Shown here: positions 51,737-64,000 of the stretch, one piece after another
Layout of the letters: every line of letters starts with the position of its first letter
How positions within the stretch are numbered: the stretch's first letter is position 1
Assembly (NCBI GenBank): GCA_965235115.1
Contig: OZ249438.1
Coordinates: forward strand, 20,088,001-20,152,000
Direction: 5' to 3'
DNA from: Laetmonice hystrix
Lineage: Eukaryota
Length of the DNA: 64,000 nt
Made by a program: the position numbers and the translations under genes
The notes under the pieces: model-generated
The model's database searches: none
Told to the model about the DNA's origin: nothing
Seen by the model: only the letters and a program-made list of their open reading frames with translations

Positions 51737-52499
51737 TATCATCCGCTCAATGACACAACCCGTCGACACATTGCTTGCTGACATTCCCTTCAGGTATGAA
51801 GGAATGGTGGTCATTTGGTGGGGTGAGATGGGGCATCCATTCCGTACGTAGATACAACATTTCAAAAACACATTCTTGACAGCCTGACCTCAGCGCACAG
51901 GCGGTACGCTAGAGCCTACCCCCCCCCCCCCCCCCCCCCATGTCCATTTCAAATGAGGAACCTGATAAGTAGAAGATCTTTAGTGTCAGTCACTGACAGC
52001 ATCCTGATCCATACGTATAGATTCAAACTGTATAATGTATAACTGTATAATATAGATTCACGAGATCAATATTGCATTAACTTGTCCATTTCACGTAGCT
52101 CTTATGTTGTCTATGACGAAACTGCTTATACTATGACCTCTTGGACTTCACCGTCAAAGGACAACACTGGTAACTGTGAGGCAGGATTCTGTCGGTGTGG
52201 CTTCTACATATAGCCTCCTACCCCGGTAAGGTTCTAACAAACAACAGTGAAACTGGGACCAATAGACATCACGCATAACTTGGTATACTCTCACAAACTT
52301 ATAATCTCACAACATAATACAGTCATATCATAGTTGTTTGCATGACGTATTTCATGTTAAATATATTCCGACAGTCTTTCATAAAGAAAGCTCGGGGATG
52401 TGTAATGATATCAGAATGATTTGCATACCGCCGTGATGTGTAATTTCAAAACAAGCAACAAGGAAATGTGTTGTTCTGTCCTGATATATCAAGGCCTTG

Positions 52500-52664
52500 C
52501 AGGGGCGGATCCTGGAATTTGGAAAGGGGAGGGGTCCATATGGGGGGGGGGGGGGATCTGGCAAAGGGGGGGGGGAGGGCAACACGGTTCATTCAGAAAG
52601 CTTACATGGAAAGAGAAAGATTGGCGCCAAGGACCCCCTTGACCCACCCCCAGATCCGCCACTG
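52500..52664. mobile_element. MITE with CAGGGGCGGATC TIR
   Basis: CAGGGGCGGATCC...GATCCGCCACTG; flanks CCTTG/TCTTG (4 of 5 match); internal poly-G tracts. Confidence 0.7.
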
Positions 52665-53154
52665 TCTTGTTAACACGCTTTTAATTGCAGAACTGTAGTA
52701 TCCTATATTTTTGTACTATTGAAATGTACCCTGAACGGTTGAAATTACTCGGGCTTTGTATCTTTGACACTTGTCATTTTTTCTATTTGTACCCGAGTGA
52801 ATCAGTCAAGGCCAGTATCATATCACGGCCAAGTAAACATTTACTGCTGTGAGATGTCTATTTTTACACCTCATACTTTTGATATAAATTCTAGTACGGG
52901 ATTTCGTACCGTTGTTATATTTTAGCAGTGCCATTTATAGATCAGTTTCACTCCGATCTAAATAAACTGAGATTTTCAAACATGATCTTTGTTTTTTATT
53001 ATTAATGACATTAATTAATATTTAGAGTATTTCCAGTTAGTACATGCCATGGTGATAACCACGGTTACCGCCCCACATTGCCTGACCCATTGTAAAATCT
53101 ATTTGTTTACAGTCCATAAGACGACTCTTCTACTTGTACATTTTTCAACACACC

Positions 53155-53311
53155 CAGGGCCGTAGCCTGGCCCATGTGGGGGGCGGTAGACCTGCCATGT
53201 GATATTGCATCATTGCGCCGGTCGAGTTGGCCCAGGGTGTGGTTTAAAAAAAACACACAAAAAAACGGAAATCCCAGGGGGGCAGCTGCCCCCCTGCAGG
53301 CTACGGCCCTG
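53155..53311. mobile_element. MITE with CAGGGCCGTAGCCTG TIR
   Basis: CAGGGCCGTAGCCTG...CAGGCTACGGCCCTG perfect 15-bp inverted termini. Confidence 0.75.
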
Positions 53312-53840
53312 TCACTATCGGAGACTCATACGCCAGCGGTCGTACCGCAGTCAGCCCTACACTATCGCCATCTATCGGCTGCCGTCATTACCTTTGTAAA
53401 GCGGATATTTAACGGCAGATGGCGCTCTAGTGAATGGGTCGCGCCTGTGCCCCAAACTACCCGTTGTTTCCGCTAGGTGGTGCCCACGTTGGATATGTTC
53501 CTCGGTATCTCGTGGGAAATGCTGATTACAAAATAAAGATTGGGAAAGCGGCCACCTATATACAAGAAATTATCGAAGACAATGGAAGAACAAGGCTGAT
53601 CTGATCTCTTACAACGGGAACCTTCAAAATATTTGAACTAAAGACAGCAAATAAATTGGTAATTTCTATTTTATTTTCCTACAACGTAAATTCTTTCTTC
53701 ACAAGACAGAACTTCTTTCATTACCACGCGCACGTAGGTAGGAGAGAACCTGACTACGACACAAAGACGTTTACTGGGTACCATAGTGCTTACCATAGTT
53801 TTTAAATTCACTACTTGTCTAGCTCCAACGTGGCCTGTCG

Positions 53841-56800
53841 TCAACTGCCCTCTCTCAGACAGTCCAACGCTCTCTGAATACGACTAACATCTGCCCTCAC
53901 TTTGGAAAGCTGCAATATAAATGGACACACATTCTGATCAATTTGAAGACTTTCATATTTTCAAAATGTTGCCTTTCTCATTTGATCATTTTTGGCGGTA
54001 CCATTCCCAATCTATCCTAGAGTGGTATACTCCTTGATATACTTGCTGTTCTTTCCTCGAGATGACAACAATTTCACTTACTTTCTCAACTTCGGTCATT
54101 TTGATCTGAGCAGGAATGGATGCACTGTCCTGTCGCTTAACCAAGCACCCAATCTCATCGTGAAGTTTGCTCAATCGTTTCTGCAGGCGGGTTATTTCAA
54201 CATCGAAGTCTAGAAGTCCCTGTAAAAAATATACTTCCAGTTATATCATAACAACACGCAGCCAAACGTATAATCGTTAAACATGTTAGTGCCACTTGAG
54301 ACCCAGAAAACTTTAACTGACAACTTTCAATCTTACCTCGAGTTTCAGGTGAAGCAGGAATTTAGGTGTCACAGGTACACTAACAAATCCTGTACGGACA
54401 GTCCGGCCCTTCCTGGTCAGGTCCTGTCCCATGGGGTCCTGTCCCATGTGGTCCTGTCCCATGGGGTCCTGTCCCATGGGGTCCTGTCCCATGTGGTCCT
54501 GTCCCATGGGGTCCTGTCCCATGGGGTCCTGTCCCATGTGGTCCTGTCCCACAGGGTCCTGTCCCACAGGGTCCTGGACCGCAGTGAGTTGACCCACACT
54601 GACAGTGGAACGTGTCAGAGTTTCGAGAAGCTCACGGTGGTGTTGGAGAGCTGATACGGTGGCGTCAGACTGCACTTCTAAGCACACTGAAAGACATACA
54701 CTCACTTATATGTCTTCTCGCTTCACAATAATGTGTCTTCTCGCTTCACAATAATATATCTTCTCGCTTCACAATAACAGCGGAAATACAAAGGGGTTAA
54801 ATCAATAACACAGAAAATTGGACAATAATATGAAAGTAATAGTATGTACAAAGATCTCCCATTCAATGATTGTTATATTGAAGTCCAAAGAAAACTCACT
54901 CACCCTCGAGTTGAGTCTTTGTGAGGCCAAAGTCTGCTTTGATGGAGAGGATACTGTTTACGGCAGAAGTGACTTCATTCATTTCTGTCTCGAGATCCAT
55001 ATCAAACCAAAGATACTAAAACATGGTAAAGCAATGATAATTGAATCATTTTTTGTCACTTCCATAGATTTACAACTACAGACCATTACAATTAGGCTTC
55101 AATGACAGAATGCCAGGCTTCCTGGGTGAGAATCACCAACTCAAACTATTTAAATGTCAAAATGTCAAAATATGCTGGACTGTGTCCAAGTCGTTTACCT
55201 GGTCAGGCCGTGGGTAAGGAGCTACCATGATACTAACAGGTTTGGTAGAGCCACCTGCTGGCAGCCGCTGGAACAACTCTTCTGTCACATATGGCATGAA
55301 TGGACTGAGCGCTCGGAGACCCGTGGACACACAGAGTAGGAGGACTGACTGCACCAGTGCTGCCCTCTCTCCGCCTTCTTGCAAAACTTTCTTACTGTAT
55401 TCCTGAAACAGAACCGGTTACACCATTGGAAACCACTCCTTGAAACCTGTATGAATCAAAACAATTATAAACTCACAAATAGAAACATGTGCCTAGTTAC
55501 CAGATAAATGCTGCAGAAGTCCCACCAGTACTGATGGAGGGCTTTGGTTACTGAGTTCAAGGTGTAGGTTTGGAAACCCTGCTCACACTGCTGCACGAGG
55601 TTTGAGGTCCGACTCAGCATCCACCGGTCGGTGTTGGTGGCACACGATGGCAGCTGACAAGAAACACAGGTCACCGTTAGTGCAGGATTTACTCAACCTT
55701 CCACAGGTCCTTATAACTTATTTTACAACAACGCCTTCTCTGGTTGACTTACGTTTTGCAGGTCTGATGGCACAAACTCTTTGGTCCAGTGTTGAAGGCA
55801 AAACCTGAAAGCCTGCCATATTTTGTTACAGAACCGTCGGTTGGCATCGATATGACTGACGTCTACATTGGTAAACTGACCTGTAACAAATGGGGGTACA
55901 ATCACTGGATACACTAAGATACATTCGATCTATCCAATGGATTATTCTATGGTCATTTAAAATGTGTTTCAATGACAGTCCTAAACATTTAATCCAGAAT
56001 AGCTGCCAGAGGCTGGGAGTGCTTGTTCAGTGTTTACTTTTATAGTTGTACGAGCAGAGGGTGAAGCGCAGAGCATCCACTCCACACTCTGGGATACCGA
56101 GTGGGAAGTCCTTCTTCTGTCCGGCAACAGCCTTTGTAATTTCTGACTTGCTCAGTCCACTTGACGAAACCTTTGCTTGCAAGCCCTAGAAAGAAAGACA
56201 CAAATTTAGAACTCACTTTTGCTGTAGAAATAAAATAAAAAACTAGGGCTTGCCTTTATTCTGCTACCGTACTCATGTTTACAGTTGTAAAAATAATACC
56301 ACTACCAGTACTGAGAAAACTTAAATAAGAACGTTGTTTTTTATGAAGGAATGTGTTGGAATAACAAATTTCTTTACCTCCAGTGAAATTCCATGGATAA
56401 TATCGAGAGGATCAATGATATTGCCCAGTGATTTACTCATCTTTCGACCATAGCGATCCTGCAGGATGCTGTGAAGTAGCACCTACTGGGCAATAAAATA
56501 ATCATAATACATAAATCACAATAAACTGTTATTGTCTCTAGACCATGATCAGCAATAATGTTTTCATCCAAATCTGTCCATCGATAGGTGTGTAACATGG
56601 TATTTTAATACAAAAGTGACAAAGCTATGGGTGACCTGTTTAAACGGTAGTTGTCCCGTAAGGTGCTGGCCAAGCATGACCATCCGGGCGACCCAGAAAA
56701 ACAGGATATCACTTGCTGTCTCCAGTAGGTCCGTTGGATAGAATCTTTTAATGTCTGATGTCTGAAACAGACGTAAAAAAATACGATATAAGTTTAGTTT

Positions 56801-59800
56801 CGTTGCTTTTTTTTTTTTTTTTAGGTGGGAGGGGAATTGGGTTCTTTTTATAAGAACCTCAGCATACACCTTGGAAATGTTTACATTAAGTTACACTCAG
56901 ATCATGTGAGCTATACCAAACCTGGAGGTAAACCAATCAATAATTATCACAGGTTGATATTATCATACAGGAAACCTTTCTATTGGGTACACACCTGTTC
57001 TGGCCATCCCAGTGCAGAGAAAGGCACAAGGGCAGAGGAAAACCAGGTGTCAAGAACGTCCTCATCTGAAACATGCAATTATATAAATATATGCAGACTG
57101 GCATCAAGGAGATTGTCATGAGATTCTTACCCTAGTTTCACCTTTCTCTGACGATATAACCATGTATGTAGGATCCTTGCTTACCCTGAGTGAGTGCTAG
57201 GTGTTCGCTGGGTATGCCGAGTTTGGCACTCGCCTTCCGGAGTGCCTCAGCCTCTGACCGCCCACTGACCCACTGTTCTCCATCCTTCTCCACGTCCTGT
57301 CACATACATATTATGTAAAACTGACTTTTTTCTCAGACTGCCAATATGGACAGATAGGTTTATTCTACGAATACTGAGCCGGTAAAATTTCGTTAGCTTA
57401 TCTATGAGGACATGTGACTTTATTACAAGGTAAAACTGACCTTTGATGACTTGAGATTGACCTTGAAGGCTGGAATACGATGACCCCACCACAGCTGACG
57501 AGACACACACCAGGCTCTGAAAGGACATTTTACCAATCATACACCGCTGTGTGTACAGACCGTGGCCACCCCCTGAATGATATTACTCACATACATACAT
57601 TCAAATATAGCTCTCACAAACGACAAATTCTTGTAATGTCTTCAAGATAGAGACGAAACCAACATGCAAACATCAGCTGATGTAAGACTTACTTGCTATT
57701 TGTAAGCCACTGGCACCAAAGTTTGTCATACTGTGGGGGAACCAGTTCAAGGCATCCAGATTTTACTGCCTAGAAAAGAGTAACTATAGGTCATCGAAGG
57801 CGACTAGAATTGGCATCTGCTAAACAGATGTATTTGTTCTCACAAGCTTACACTCAAAGTTTAAATGAATGAAGTTCACATACCTCTTTGGCCTGTTCCA
57901 TCATATCTTCACAGTCCACATACCACTGTTCCTTCAGGAGGGGCTCAATTATATCACCTGTTCGACTGAAAAAGTAAAGTAATTAAATGTTTTAAGAATT
58001 CTCTTCTGAATATATTTGTCAGTAAGGAAATACTCTGCTCTCTCACACAAGGAGCTCATTTCCTTACCTGCACTGTGGTAGTACCATGCCATGTTCAACA
58101 TCCCCTCGCAGCAGTTCCCTCGACTGGAGAAAATCTCGGACGAGCTGTCGTGCATTGAACCTCTTCACGCCCTGAGAATCCAATGACCAGTGTTAGGGTT
58201 TCATAATGTTATTCTTCAAATACAATGTAATTGTGTCTTGTCATAGCACTTAGTTTTCTATTTTTAAATGTGAAAAGTAAGGTAACCATAAAAACTGTTT
58301 CATTAATAACTATGAAAAGAAAACTGGACAACTTCGTTCAGACCAATCAAGGTACCAGTACTAAACATTACAAATGTCCAAGTTTACAATAAATTCCACA
58401 GTCAAAACCTACCAGAAACTGCTCAGGCACATTGATCATACAACCATCCTCACTAATGACATGAACCACCGGGAGGCTGTGTCTCTGACCAACCTCATAG
58501 TCAGTCTGATCATGCGCCGGTGTGATCTTCACAGCTCCTGATGGCAACCAAACCACCAACATATACTACCGAATCTACCAATATCATCTCGAAAAATACC
58601 ATCTGTAAGTACTGGTAATTATATTGTAATCTGTGTATAACTGTGTGAACAAACTTGATGGTTATTACCTGTTCCAAACTTTCTGTCCACAAACTCGTCA
58701 CAGATAATGGGCATTGTTGCTCCAGAGATGGGATGCTGGACAACGCAACCATGAAGATGGCTGAATCTTGTGTCCTCAGGATGTACTGCCACAGCAACGT
58801 CCCCAAGCATGGTCTCTAGGCGGGTCGTCGCCACGACAACCTCCTCATCTGAAGTCATTTCAGCATTACATTCTTAGACTAGTTCTGTCAGTAGTATAGA
58901 AGCTGAGAATACGGTGACAACATATACACTACAGAGAATTTCAGACTGTTGGGGTAACTATTTTTTTAACAGCAGAGAGACTAAGAATATAGCACCTACC
59001 TGACCCTATAACAGGATAGGCAAACGAAGTGAGCTGGCCAAATGTTACAGGTTTCTCATAGCCAGGAACTCTCACCTCAGTTTTACCCTCAACTGGCACT
59101 GACTCAACCTATATTAAACAAAACCTCATCGCATTGAGTTGGTGTTGCACATTAGATCACTAATAAATATTTGCCAGAAAAACTGTTATACTTTTTCATA
59201 GTTATGCTCCTTAAGAACCTGTATAGGGCCTATGTGAAAAAGTCAAAATTTATGAAATATTATTAAAAAAATGGAATAGTTCAATAATTCATAGTTCATC
59301 TAAAATACTGATATGGTTTTCTGAGATGTACTCACCTCTATGTCTGAGATAGCCGACTTGAGGGCACATGACCAGTTTACAAGCCTCATGCTGCGATATA
59401 TCAATCCTTCATCATGTAAACGTACAAAGGCTTCAGTGACAGCCTTACTGTGCATCTGCAAGAAAACGGTCCTCAACTCCAACCTTCACTGACTGGGTCT
59501 ATGACCTCAGGCAATCAAGGATATACAAGATAAACATCAATAAAGAAAGCCCACCTACACGGTGAAGATACAAGTCTGAAGCGTAACATGCAGATGACAA
59601 TGATAAATTTGTCGGTGAAAAAAATTGTCAAATTATAAAAATGACAAGGAAGAAAATTAATTATGTAGTTACAATGGTGAAGTTGAATTTTATAAGGGAG
59701 AAAACTCACTGGATCGAGTGTGAAACAGTCCCGTGACCAATCAAGTGAGGAGCCAAGCTTTTTCATCTGGTTGTATATGATGTCTCCTTTCCTACAAAAC

Positions 59801-61100
59801 ATTCAGATGTGTAACGCAAGCCGTTATCATGCAATATCAATGTCAGTCTAAGGATGACTTAGAACATGTAGATCATTGGACAATATGTGTATATTATATT
59901 AACATGAGAAAACTTCTGACTTACTCTTTTTTCCATTTCCATGCTTCCTCTACAAACTTTTCCCTTCCAAGGTCATGCCGAGTCAGTCCTTTCTCTACCA
60001 TCAATTTCTTTTCCACAACAACCTGTGTGGCTATACCAGCATGGTCGCTGCCTGGCACCCACAGGACCTCACGTCCACACATCCGATGCCTGGTCAGGAG
60101 AATCATAGCCTACAGTTCTTTCACAGGTCTTACCTTCAAAACTTTTCTTTGAAAGTTGGGTGCATATATATTTAAGTACCTTTTGGTTGGCACTACATGT
60201 ACTTCTAACATGATACATTTTCTCAAAAAGAAATAAAACATTCATCTTGTCCATCAGCATTGCCTTACCAGCGTATAATAGCATCCTGGATACTGTTTCC
60301 AAGGGCATGACCTAGATGAAGTGTTCCAGTCACATTGGGTGGTGGTAGACACAGGACAAACCTGTCCTTACTCCCCACCGCCGCACCTGTGGCCTGGTGG
60401 GAAACAACACGTATAACACAATCAAACAATCTGTGACTGTTAGCACCTCGCGATTATTGGAATGATTCCGATTGCAATCTAACAAGGGAATGGGCAAGAA
60501 ACTTAACAAAGAATTATTTTGCAGGACAATGAAATTTCAACAACAACAAAAAAGTACACAAAGTATAACAGGTGATGGCACAATTTGTTCCTTATGTATT
60601 TAAAAGTGAAGGAGTAGCCTTACCAGACGGTCAGGGCTGAAGAATCCTGACTTTAGAGTAGACTTACCAGACTGTCAGGGCTGAAGAATCCTGACTTTTG
60701 CCACCATTCATACCATACACTCTCCACAAAGGCTGAGCTATAGGACTCAGGCAGGGGTATATCAACATCTATAAATCAATTCAATGATCATATATTAAAG
60801 TTATATCCCATGCTGTACATTATCTATTCCTGGACATTCTGTTATAAATGCCCATACATTCCAGACTGTATGTTAAAAGCAATTCGTTTGGTGCAGGGTA
60901 GTTTGTTATAGTGTTGTCCTTTATGAGTATAGAAGAGAATTTATTATGTTATTACTCAAGTCCATCCCAGCTGAAAATAATACCTGAAACAGTCTTCAAA
61001 ACTAATTTATGAATATTATGGCAATATCTTGATTAGTCTAACCTTTCTTCTCTCCTAGTGGTGTTGAGATGCTGTATGTTGAAGATGTCTGACTTGATAT
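53841..61100 (-). CDS. VARS2: Valyl-tRNA synthetase, mitochondrial type (5' end unresolved); 25 exons traced: 61100-61043, 60768-60668, 60393-60269, 60089-59925, 59791-59710, 59455-59336, 59108-59000, 58848-58669, 58537-58413, 58171-58068, 57965-57884, 57769-57693, 57516-57441, 57296-57185, 57065-56995, 56761-56636, 56482-56378, 56185-56038, 55880-55753, 55653-55501, 55402-55199, 55015-54904, 54686-54337, 54219-54082, 53909-53841
   Basis: Class Ia motifs [13 protein letters not shown] (HIGH), [82 protein letters not shown] (KMSKS), [18 protein letters not shown]. All junctions are GT-AG with matching phases; 3120 nt spliced in frame to TGA at 53841. No GST-like N-terminus is seen and VLLHS..DR.GRKMSKS is closer to the mitochondrial paralogue (inference). 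Confidence 0.93.
54421..54575 (-). repeat. 15-bp coding minisatellite, 10 full units, encoding (M/V)GQD(P/H)
   Basis: + strand unit GTCCTGTCCCA(TGGG/TGTG/CAGG), lying inside exon 54686-54337 without breaking the frame. Confidence 0.95.
54709..54778. repeat. Three copies of a 23-bp unit in a VARS2 intron
   Basis: TCTTCTCGCTTCACAATAA with AT/GT spacers, three times. Confidence 0.85.
60612..60698 (-). repeat. 44-bp tandem duplication spanning a VARS2 exon end and its splice donor
   Basis: Minus strand AAAGTCAGGATTCTTCAGCCCTGAC(A/C)GTCTG|GTAAG(T/G)CTACTC occurs twice. Confidence 0.92.
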
Positions 61101-61785
61101 CTAAATACAGAGCAGATGATGACGATGAGCCATGGTACAGTACCAGAAATAAAGTAAGTTAAGAGTTTTAGAAATCTCAACTGACCCTCAGCCTACTAAC
61201 AATCCTGTCCAATTTATTGTCGAGTCTGATAGCGACTCTAGGTCTAGGTAGCTGGACTAACCCTCAGCTGCATCCATACTAAAGGGTGACAGCATTTTAT
61301 GAAATTCGGCACATATTAAAAGGTCATGGGTCAATTTTTTTCTGGAGAGGGCTAAAGTATTCTGGTGGGAGCTTATTGCTTATCCCTCGTCCCTCTCCCA
61401 TGGCCCTCAGCACGTAGAGCTGGCAGCCTGCCGGTTGTATTAATTAATATTATTATAGGCCTAAGCGTCTGTTCTACTAGTGACAGTCCACTGTTGTGAT
61501 GTAGACATAAAGAAGAGCAAGAGGTGAGATAAATACTTAAGATCTCCGTTGGTCGCAGATCTCCAGAGGCATGGTTTCCTATTGTTTAGATGCTGAATCT
61601 GACTAAGTCAGCATGCATGAGTCGGCATTTGGGCTCACACCTCCGGTCGTCTGCTACCTGATGGGCGGTGGAGTTTTCTTCCAAACAAGAATAAACGACA
61701 GTCTGGATAGGGAAATTGTAAACCAAATATCACAGAGAAGATGAGAGTAATTGCATGTGACTCAACTGAGACCTGTGCCCGGTTT

Positions 61786-62254
61786 TTCAAAGATTCTCAA
61801 GCTTTACTTAAGTAATTTGCTCAACATACTTACTCAACTCGTTCTCAACAACTCTGAAGTGTTTTTCAAAAATTCTCAAACTGAGCAAACTTTCTTAATT
61901 CCTGAGAACACAGGTTTAAGTTACGTCATTGATAACAAACGGCGACGTCACAAATAACAAACGGTGCTGACAAACGATGATAACGTTCGTTGCTGTGCGC
62001 ATAGATCTATTGTGACCCTGCAGTGACGGGACATTTTTGTTTACACTGCCAGTTTTGACATATGATTAGTCAGAAATCTAGGCCTAGAGATTGTTTCAAC
62101 ACGTCAAATGGACATAAACACACGTAGGTAATCGAAATATTGATGTAGTCTTTTTGTTTCTTGTTTTATCCTGTGCATTGCTGGGAACTATGACTTACTC
62201 AACTTGAGTAAAAGTTACTTAAGTAATGCTTGAGAATTTTTGAAAAACCGGGCC
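61786..62254. mobile_element. MITE, about 470 bp, about 40-bp TIRs, CTG TSD
   Basis: TGCCCGGTTTTTCAAAGATTCTCAAGCTTTACTTAAGTA versus reverse complement of TACTTAAGTAATGCTTGAGAATTTTTGAAAAACCGGGCC; CTG on both flanks. Confidence 0.8.
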
Positions 62255-62409
62255 CTGATATTTCGGATAGTTAGATTAGAACACATGGCTATGCAGCTAA
62301 CCTCCCGGAGATCTGAGACCATATGAGAACGCGACACCGGCAATGGCTGAATAATATTATCTTGGTTTGGCTAACGACCAAATCCAAACAAATTGCTTGA
62401 GCTGCCTAA

Positions 62410-62608
62410 AGCTGTATCCTCACTGGACGCGTGCGACGCGTGCGACGCGCGCATTCTTTTTAGAAATAATGGAAATGAATGGCTCCATCTGTACTGACCG
62501 CGCGCAACGCGCGCGGCATTTTTTGTGACGCGTTCCATTCATTTCCATTACTTCTAAAGAAAAACGCGCGCGTTGCTCGCGTCGCACGCGTCCAGTGAGG
62601 ATACAGCT
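62410..62608. mobile_element. 199-bp palindromic Tourist/PIF-Harbinger-like MITE, TAA TSD
   Basis: AGCTGTATCCTCACTGGACGCGTGCGACGCG...CGCGTCGCACGCGTCCAGTGAGGATACAGCT with about 70-bp inverted arms; TAA at 62407-62409 and 62609-62611. Confidence 0.9.
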
Positions 62609-62680
62609 TAAGCAGGTTAACTTAAACCAGTAAGGTCAGGATTAGGGTTAGTTTTATTTTTGTCTCAAATTGCCTTAAAT

Positions 62681-63932
62681 TAGTAACAGGGGGCATTAGA
62701 GACCTGGGGGCATTAGTGCCCACTACATATAACACATATTGTGAAAGCTATCATGAGGGAGCCATCTTGCCCAATCCAGCCTGGCCAATCATAGCAAGGC
62801 TAATATATGTCATTAGGCATAATAAGCCAATAGGGTGGCTCTTAATATAATGGGGAGGCAAGTTTGAAAATCAGTCCACAGTAAACCTTCATTTTGCGAA
62901 GCCATCTTGCTTTTTTCCTACCAGACGAAACTTTGCAGTTTGTGCTATATTATTGTGTTTGACACTTGTTTTGGAGTTGAAGAGAATTCTTTTACTGAAA
63001 AATCAGTTGGTGAGTATTATTTCAGTACTTTTGAAAGGAAGTGGGTGGTAATATGATGAAAATGGGCACATTTAATTACATGGGTTAGTGTCGGCCATTT
63101 TGGTTTTCCAGTATCAGTCACTTTGTGGAGTCATGTGTTGAAGCTTGGCATTTGAAGTAAAATCTACCCATAAAATGATCAATTAACATGCACCAACATT
63201 GAATATCATTAGATTATAAAAGATTAACATTGATGCTTTCTACTTTCTAAAGAACTTGCTTGCCTAAAATTATCCATTTCTAAAGCGGTCATTAATGCCC
63301 CCCAAAAGGGGGTCATTAATGCCCCATCTAGGTCAGAAAATTATAATTATTGTATTTTCCCTTTTATAGTGTTTGTACTTTTATGTGTCAATGACAAGTA
63401 TATATATGTATGCTACCATATAGTTGAACTGTAGGGTCAGCTAATAGCTTATTAGGTTTTAGAACAATAATTTCAAAAGTGGTCACTAATGCCCCCTCTT
63501 TTCGAACACTACAGAGTTCAAAATGGTTCGCAACTCGGGTTATAACAAGAAAGATCTTTATTACTCTTATAATTTTCATGGTATATAGCCTTTTTGAACA
63601 TTTTATTGCTTTTGAAAATGCTGTTTTTTTGTGTAAAATAAAAGAATGAGCAAAGTTGTTGTAAATGTTGACTTTAAGTGTACTTTATTGCCAATGGTCA
63701 TTAATGCCCCCAGTGGTGGTCACTAATACCCCGGCAACGGGGGCATTAGTGACTTTTGAAAATTAAAGCCTATTATAATTCTTAAGCGAGAATAGTGAAT
63801 AATGTATGTATAATTGGATAAGTCTTGGGCATCTGGTAAATTAGGAATACAAATTTCAAGGTGCCTCCTCAAGATAATTTTTGTGTACCCCATAATATAA
63901 AAAGGGGGTCACTAATGCCCCCAGTTACCCTA
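62681..63932. mobile_element. About 1.25-kb non-autonomous DNA transposon with TA ends and repeated subterminal motifs
   Basis: Left TAGTAACAGGGGGCATTAGAGACC matches the reverse complement of right GGTCACTAATGCCCCCAGTTACCCTA. The motif GGTCA(C/T)TAATGCCCC recurs at 63287, 63311, 63481, about 63696, about 63718 and inverted at about 63741. No ORF. Confidence 0.7.
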
Positions 63933-64000
63933 CACTGCCTAAATTAAAACTGAAATTTAAAATTACGTTTATACTTCATTTCACTGCCACTGTGTGGTCC

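Noticed and set aside
53411-53432. CTCF-like motif CGGCAGATGGCGC between the convergent GM2A and VARS2 3' ends
   Set aside because: Imperfect single match; cannot be supported without ChIP data or conservation.

Overview
Animal genomic DNA, probably a marine invertebrate (inferred from gene content and repeat style), with three assembly gaps. Four protein-coding genes are supported. (1) A two-coding-exon BMP2/4 (dpp-class) gene on the minus strand (11543-22414). (2) A single-exon, bacterial-type diaminopimelate-epimerase (DapF)-fold gene on the minus strand (46387-47268). It has a spliceosomal acceptor just upstream and an AATAAA just downstream, keeps both catalytic cysteines, and has changed several substrate-recognition residues. 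(3) A four-exon GM2-activator (ML domain) gene on the plus strand (49980-51736). (4) A mitochondrial-type valyl-tRNA synthetase on the minus strand, with 25 exons traced in frame (53841-61100) and its 5' end unresolved. The rest is intron or intergenic DNA carrying five minisatellite arrays, several MITE families with readable TIRs/TSDs and a polyA-tailed LINE 3' fragment. The strongest candidate for an undescribed system is the apparently horizontally acquired, host-domesticated DapF-like enzyme, which may be a re-purposed cofactor-independent amino-acid racemase. Secondary oddities are an in-frame (GQDPM)n repeat inside the ValRS, a duplicated splice donor in the ValRS, a divergent BMP receptor-binding loop, and a strong excess of TAGGCCTA that looks like an insertion footprint at TA sites. 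No database searches were run; family assignments rest on recalled motifs.
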